A stretch of 31,190 bases of DNA, from IMG/VR virus record IMGVR_UViG_3300030095_000973, positions 1 through 31,190 of that record; one strand, 5' to 3'. The stretch comes from a virus. Its lineage: Duplodnaviria > Caudoviricetes. The translations under genes were made by a program, and so were the position numbers. This document shows positions 30,201 through 31,190 of this stretch, in pieces (the stretch's first letter is position 1; each line of letters begins with the position of its first letter). The notes below the pieces were generated by a model, which was not told the DNA's origin, did not search any database, and was given only the letters and a program-made list of their open reading frames with translations.

Positions 30201-31190
30201 AAACAAGGTGATGCTGATTTAAAATGGTTTAAAGAAAAGTTATTTGACCCGTTTGCTAAAGGTATAAGATCATGGAATGCTTATAAGCAGAATATGGTTA
30301 ATGAATATCAAGCGTTAAAAAAGACATTTCCTAAAGTTAGTAAATCTTTAAACAAGTTAATTCCTGGAACAATATTTACAAATGATACTGCCATAAGAGC
30401 GTATTTATTTGATAAAGCTGGATATGATGTTCCTGGTTTAAACCAAGCTGAAAAAAAGCAGTTAATAGATCACGTTAAAAATGATCCTAGTATTCAAGGG
30501 TTTGCTGATGCATTATCGACTATAACTCGTTCTAAAGAAGGATACCCTGCTCCTAATGCAAATTGGGCTGTTAGCTCTATACCAGGAGATATGAACAGCC
30601 TTGTAAATAAAGTTGGTAGAAAACAATTTTTACAAGAGTGGATAAACCAAAAGAATAATATTTTTAATAAAGATAATTTAAATAAAATACGAGCTGTATA
30701 TGGTAACCAGTTTTTTGAATCTTTAAATAATATATTATATCGTATGGAAAACGGTGGTAATAGATTAGTAAGTCCTGATAGCACTGTAAATGGTTTTGTT
30801 TCTTGGATAAATGGTTCTGTCGGTGCTATAATGTTTTTTAACATGAGATCTGCTTTACTTCAAACTATATCTACAGTTAACTTTATAAACTGGAGTGATA
30901 ATAATATATTTAAAGCGTCTGCGGCATTTGCTAATCAACCACAGTTTTGGAAAGACTTTGTAGCGCTGTTTAACTCTGATCAGTTAAAGCAAAGAAGAAA
31001 AGGGCTACAAACTGACGTATCAGCATCGGAATTAACTAAAGCTTTTGCTGAAAGAAAAATGACTCCAGCTTCTGTTGTCAGTTATTTATTATCAAAAGGT
31101 TTTACGCCTACGCAATTAGCGGACAGCTTTGCTATTGCTTTTGGTGGTGCTAGTTTTTATAGAAACAGATTTAAAAAATATATTAAAGAA
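21216..31190 (+). CDS. Giant multidomain (polyvalent) putative ejection protein, at least 3325 aa, truncated by the window end
   Basis: The ATG at 21216 gives MDTKIYMVDDQPHEVSS..., and the frame reads ...FGGASFYRNRFKKYIKE at 31190. I found no stop in the segments I translated. The absence of any long + strand ORF here in the track fits a frame with no stop codon. Confidence 0.9.
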   Translation, partial: MDTKIYMVDDQPHEVSSDQESQFLKNNPSATLQSKESNNSKSEKDPNNLFINEKSFKPVNTDVSYYFHRDQNNWHRFDPKTGDDKVVATGYEQDDASSELNVAMNADSESNVDYNFHDNPMDPKKDLYSFHDPDYSKRFEDDKNHKKSLNQKSKVKKKKPTSTPKEKPGETTPLMLMPENNFTGPSIDVDSTPDQVLDYNNAPEWFNNRSSHQLWPDNEKYSEQVYEAVMNGTHGFNPKTGKLVLLDEPIKIDPAIKEISVKSLYEKKNSEKLDERSKNGDPAVGEGDLELSDAELADLEAKESMPEITQENLPSFEGDLKIPGEFLYSDTGPQLDDIMIRTGAKTWLQENYGEYGFKFEQDGRFLKQGVVVTASNGEKKEFALGNSNVAEEMDKWMRANAVSPMSRLKVADTFADQYVEKNVQNIPSDLNKAMRKINKIRELWGLEGYSNDQVRDIYKNFKENMNESGQGPKKFNVLREITTPAFIENLRKEGKNEQADFYERRAIMDMYTGHMDESYRTMVDGKFIKDRSTQNEKDGNIFETKRLKAFGVDKFLGVDKNKQLTNLVQFDYNDLAEDFDLNSIANAEKGYKESKALQEYEKLKQAQNKDFNLFSGSDEEIKSKIEQAKKDPEYLKLYQNLKLDNDELSKYILKQHKRDATNKYYNKGVEEYAKTLDSGIWFDKSLLSKEVKNEADLMSKELIKNTSERRVNNDEYQTKVNKYEEIGNKLNTFNNTYKEELKNKKIEYNIDSEKKQKEVVNNIKNDVEKLAPKIKEKYKFRTDKDFELVQNNIQKRIKNVVDKELKRIKSSNEFDLSTEEGVALANKKIEEIQKLEIEKGEKEINLINEEEKKKYDDYNKEINGILNSKIKKYENDQNSKINKMNEDPFFTDYKDDVAAFNILKNELQPTDEEGNPVKNKYVLLDEKLEKDLAGIDMSEDELNAITSAVGKNYDFGTRLSYELMHAAIDLGQGVMNVGDMFMAAPKQILDDIRKRDPVFDAWCKTSKLTVGNATFKIRDKDDDFRPIEQFSNKIDKWQEKTRENYSRLIQYDEIEGATDFGEWCLGTMVTQLPQLALMYATGGSSLYILGASSAGSKFDEMNQQLRQFERTNGQHGQEFTFAEMFLNASFTGFMEAASESITLGQINKLKAMMGSQWKLGFANGLRKNVFSLKGLKNNTNIFLREGFEEGFSESIAQISSNFADIASGDKDATMWEGVSESFASGWVISTGIKIPSLGKKLRAPFIPKDANQRLGEISDRIQDLTKQAGNSKNAEDIGRIETEIAELTFESGEIIQNTANRVDLIQSKNPQDIKALINIEKKTYDLRKKSEEIQLNDKLSPEQKQVELNKLLEKRAEYFIQKDNILKKYRPEDVQKFTKERTQTYEEIANMAEQHGAPKVNIKEVNKDEFAERESKYDQNKSKKQIEDISLYNKGLTQGLQNIIKDKNSTKQEIKEAKEALKKAETQIRIADNILNADDYGVMQPKFDKNGNIESMDILINKDAVNKDGKFNTAAHEFIHATFANTLKFDPAMREIAGGALNKIINGKGIEFAPGMAEVFNKRVAQYPPSKQGEEGLAILSEMMLDNQVKLTDSVAGKFGNVFRRYTQNVKGYDIEFNTPNDIRNFLKDYNYSIKNNKPSPAIAKMLAKGANGKMFEDARTPDEIKRQDAHSRSVKQNMQSNPDLKPAFDNLVQVENGNSKFKNNDDFKTSPEFHEGYSKIVDSQLLDGLIKQGMTERGLPPEALRDFTRKVKEELGLRYLNNYDISKNDSLFGWLTGVSGGAGKSIIYRAKGDVINQYVKEGKADDVSIDKQIGEVGTLADVLQAETDSLIDQIDNADMTPTKKRDLKNNIEDLKMVMEVLNLPENTKKSIIDAVNSADVNLKGLSYKGIRDLLLSTQTKATTEKKVTPTGPLFGVLNAIAAEFGIDPLRILAKQDLSSEQRKLAQQYILKKAINEDGSFNKDILEMLPDGQDRSGKATGVANTKLGEFYTKGKRAKMSEGATGAGLATQTKRTDVSKDQFLNLFGINPDGSFQPGRKADGAIRELVTQIATLTANQQIRLNAVQNSLAAESEIAVLRDGMSEKMYNKKVQEDGADIETLSVIPDKYENKNNFVQVKATKGGQTDATTGTTVVEGEFGEFDMIDLDADHINKITGEPSGLTQGEYILKSGKAIIKADPRMWQIMYYTMTGSVKRQSLMTKENFIETFGKDPYNAKKHGPPLNIPRIKYTKKQKDGAKVPVQDKSVLQNFNENDYKNKIPTLIKSFKVIEKVLDTVNGNPEYADFVAQLISDTVNNTAYGITRISAPTYFALIDPVTGKVDYVTQVVEEHAAPQKKLVANVLFNAARLGIVDSVAPLIESYFKQGSLAHIDDVLVNQNFGQDMPRDFYDNALPMLKDGTYPSDLKDLSFLIRYVQPHKIKNAEKTGFPKDSTQYIDMNKYVVLAGIHKGKTFAEALGVGMKGKVSKKIIEIQNNLMSQVLNGQITKEAASETFKKLVPKSVNSYYKNLEDNEIAINNKLNLQNQLRESENKYSSKSKVEVKGASVFDFDDTLGITKSGVRVRVPNVDGDPKPSRKVVFLAGGAGSGKSNVVRKLKLEGQGFKIVNSDISLEWLKKNSGLPADMQDLTKEQRSTLGRLGAESRKIAKRKMMKYQGDANGVVVDGTGGSAKQMQKLVKEFQDKGYDVSMMFVETSLETALERNRNRKERTLLDTIVRRNHDAVQGNKDGFKKLFGNNFMEVNTDNMTLKDSVPKELAAKMNNFVSGYEKLRLDATEFAEHGDSILEKGGEFDFTEFDQVVEGRPGPLLDKAKQRAAKYGTKDIFVLTARTQKSAKAIQQFLKSQGLNIPLQNITGLANSTGDAKAQWMLEKYAEGYNDMYFADDALQNVEAVKEVLDQLDIKSDVVQAKLNQNNTLVDNSDAMKSKVIEPSVDNTINEEFNKILERKKGIPAVKVVSEAESRRRGSQTNIARFFKSLYIPPSAEDFKGLMYYFVGKGKQGDADLKWFKEKLFDPFAKGIRSWNAYKQNMVNEYQALKKTFPKVSKSLNKLIPGTIFTNDTAIRAYLFDKAGYDVPGLNQAEKKQLIDHVKNDPSIQGFADALSTITRSKEGYPAPNANWAVSSIPGDMNSLVNKVGRKQFLQEWINQKNNIFNKDNLNKIRAVYGNQFFESLNNILYRMENGGNRLVSPDSTVNGFVSWINGSVGAIMFFNMRSALLQTISTVNFINWSDNNIFKASAAFANQPQFWKDFVALFNSDQLKQRRKGLQTDVSASELTKAFAERKMTPASVVSYLLSKGFTPTQLADSFAIAFGGASFYRNRFKKYIKE
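25640..26120 (+). other. Zincin-like metallopeptidase domain within the giant ORF
   Basis: YGVM...DIFINKD...NTAAHEFIH (HExxH at 25761-25775) and a downstream GEEGLA (EE at 25935-25940) as the candidate third ligand. Confidence 0.8.
26340..26940 (+). other. Sigma70-like domain within the giant ORF
   Basis: YLNNYDISKNDSLFGWL (region 2.3-like), VSIDKQIGEVGTLADVL (region 3.2-like) and LNLPENTKKSII...GLSYKGIRDLL (region 4-like), in the correct order. Confidence 0.55.
28836..29935 (+). other. HAD-superfamily phosphatase domain (interrupted) within the giant ORF
   Basis: Motif I VFDFDDTL (DFDDT at 28854-28868), motif II FVLTAR (29679-29696), motif III Lys (29799) and motif IV YFADDALQN (DD at 29856-29861). 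Confidence 0.85.
28935..29505 (+). other. P-loop kinase domain (polynucleotide kinase / zeta-toxin-like) nested in the HAD domain
   Basis: VVFLAGGAGSGKS (Walker A at 28956-28979), IVNSD, VVVDGTG, GYDVSMMFVETSLETALERNRNR (lid RxxxR). Confidence 0.85.

Noticed and set aside
855-30844. All minus-strand ORFs in the track, and + strand ORF 21529..21738
   Set aside because: They are shadows of long + strand genes, with Ser/Phe/Leu/Ile-rich antisense composition and no recognisable motifs. ORF 21529..21738 is out of frame inside the giant ORF.
1-31190. Stop-codon reassignment as seen in some crAss-like phages
   Set aside because: Genes are full length under the standard bacterial code and end in TAA or TGA. 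No called gene ends in TAG, but none needs TAG read-through either, so there is no positive evidence.
1-31190. CRISPR arrays, tRNAs, introns/inteins, integrase or DGR elements
   Set aside because: Intergenic gaps are all about 110 nt or shorter. I saw no repeat-spacer periodicity, cloverleaf, intein termini in TerL, or reverse transcriptase motifs.

Overview
This AT-rich window is the head-tail-ejection morphogenesis module of a tailed dsDNA phage, most likely a podovirus. Every credible gene is on the + strand and tightly packed. The order is two small ORFs, a GroES-like protein, putative TerS, TerL, portal, scaffold-like protein, major capsid protein, a conserved post-capsid protein, two neck/ring proteins, a 1934-aa nozzle/stabilization protein, two beta-rich tail proteins, two ejection-type proteins, and then a giant ORF. 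That ORF starts at 21216 and stays open to the window end (at least 3325 codons), so it is missing from the supplied ORF track. The gene order and the A/T-rich, Shine-Dalgarno-less start regions suggest a crAss-like-related phage of Bacteroidota (inference). By manual translation, the giant protein looks like a polyvalent injected protein: coiled coil, Gly/Ala-rich putative membrane helices, an HExxH zincin, a sigma70-like module (regions 2, 3.2 and 4), a possible EHxxP His-Me-finger-like domain, and a HAD phosphatase with a whole P-loop kinase nested inside it. An identical 24-bp intergenic motif (candidate phage promoter) precedes both the neck genes and the ejection-protein genes. All family calls rest on motif recognition and synteny; no database searches were run.
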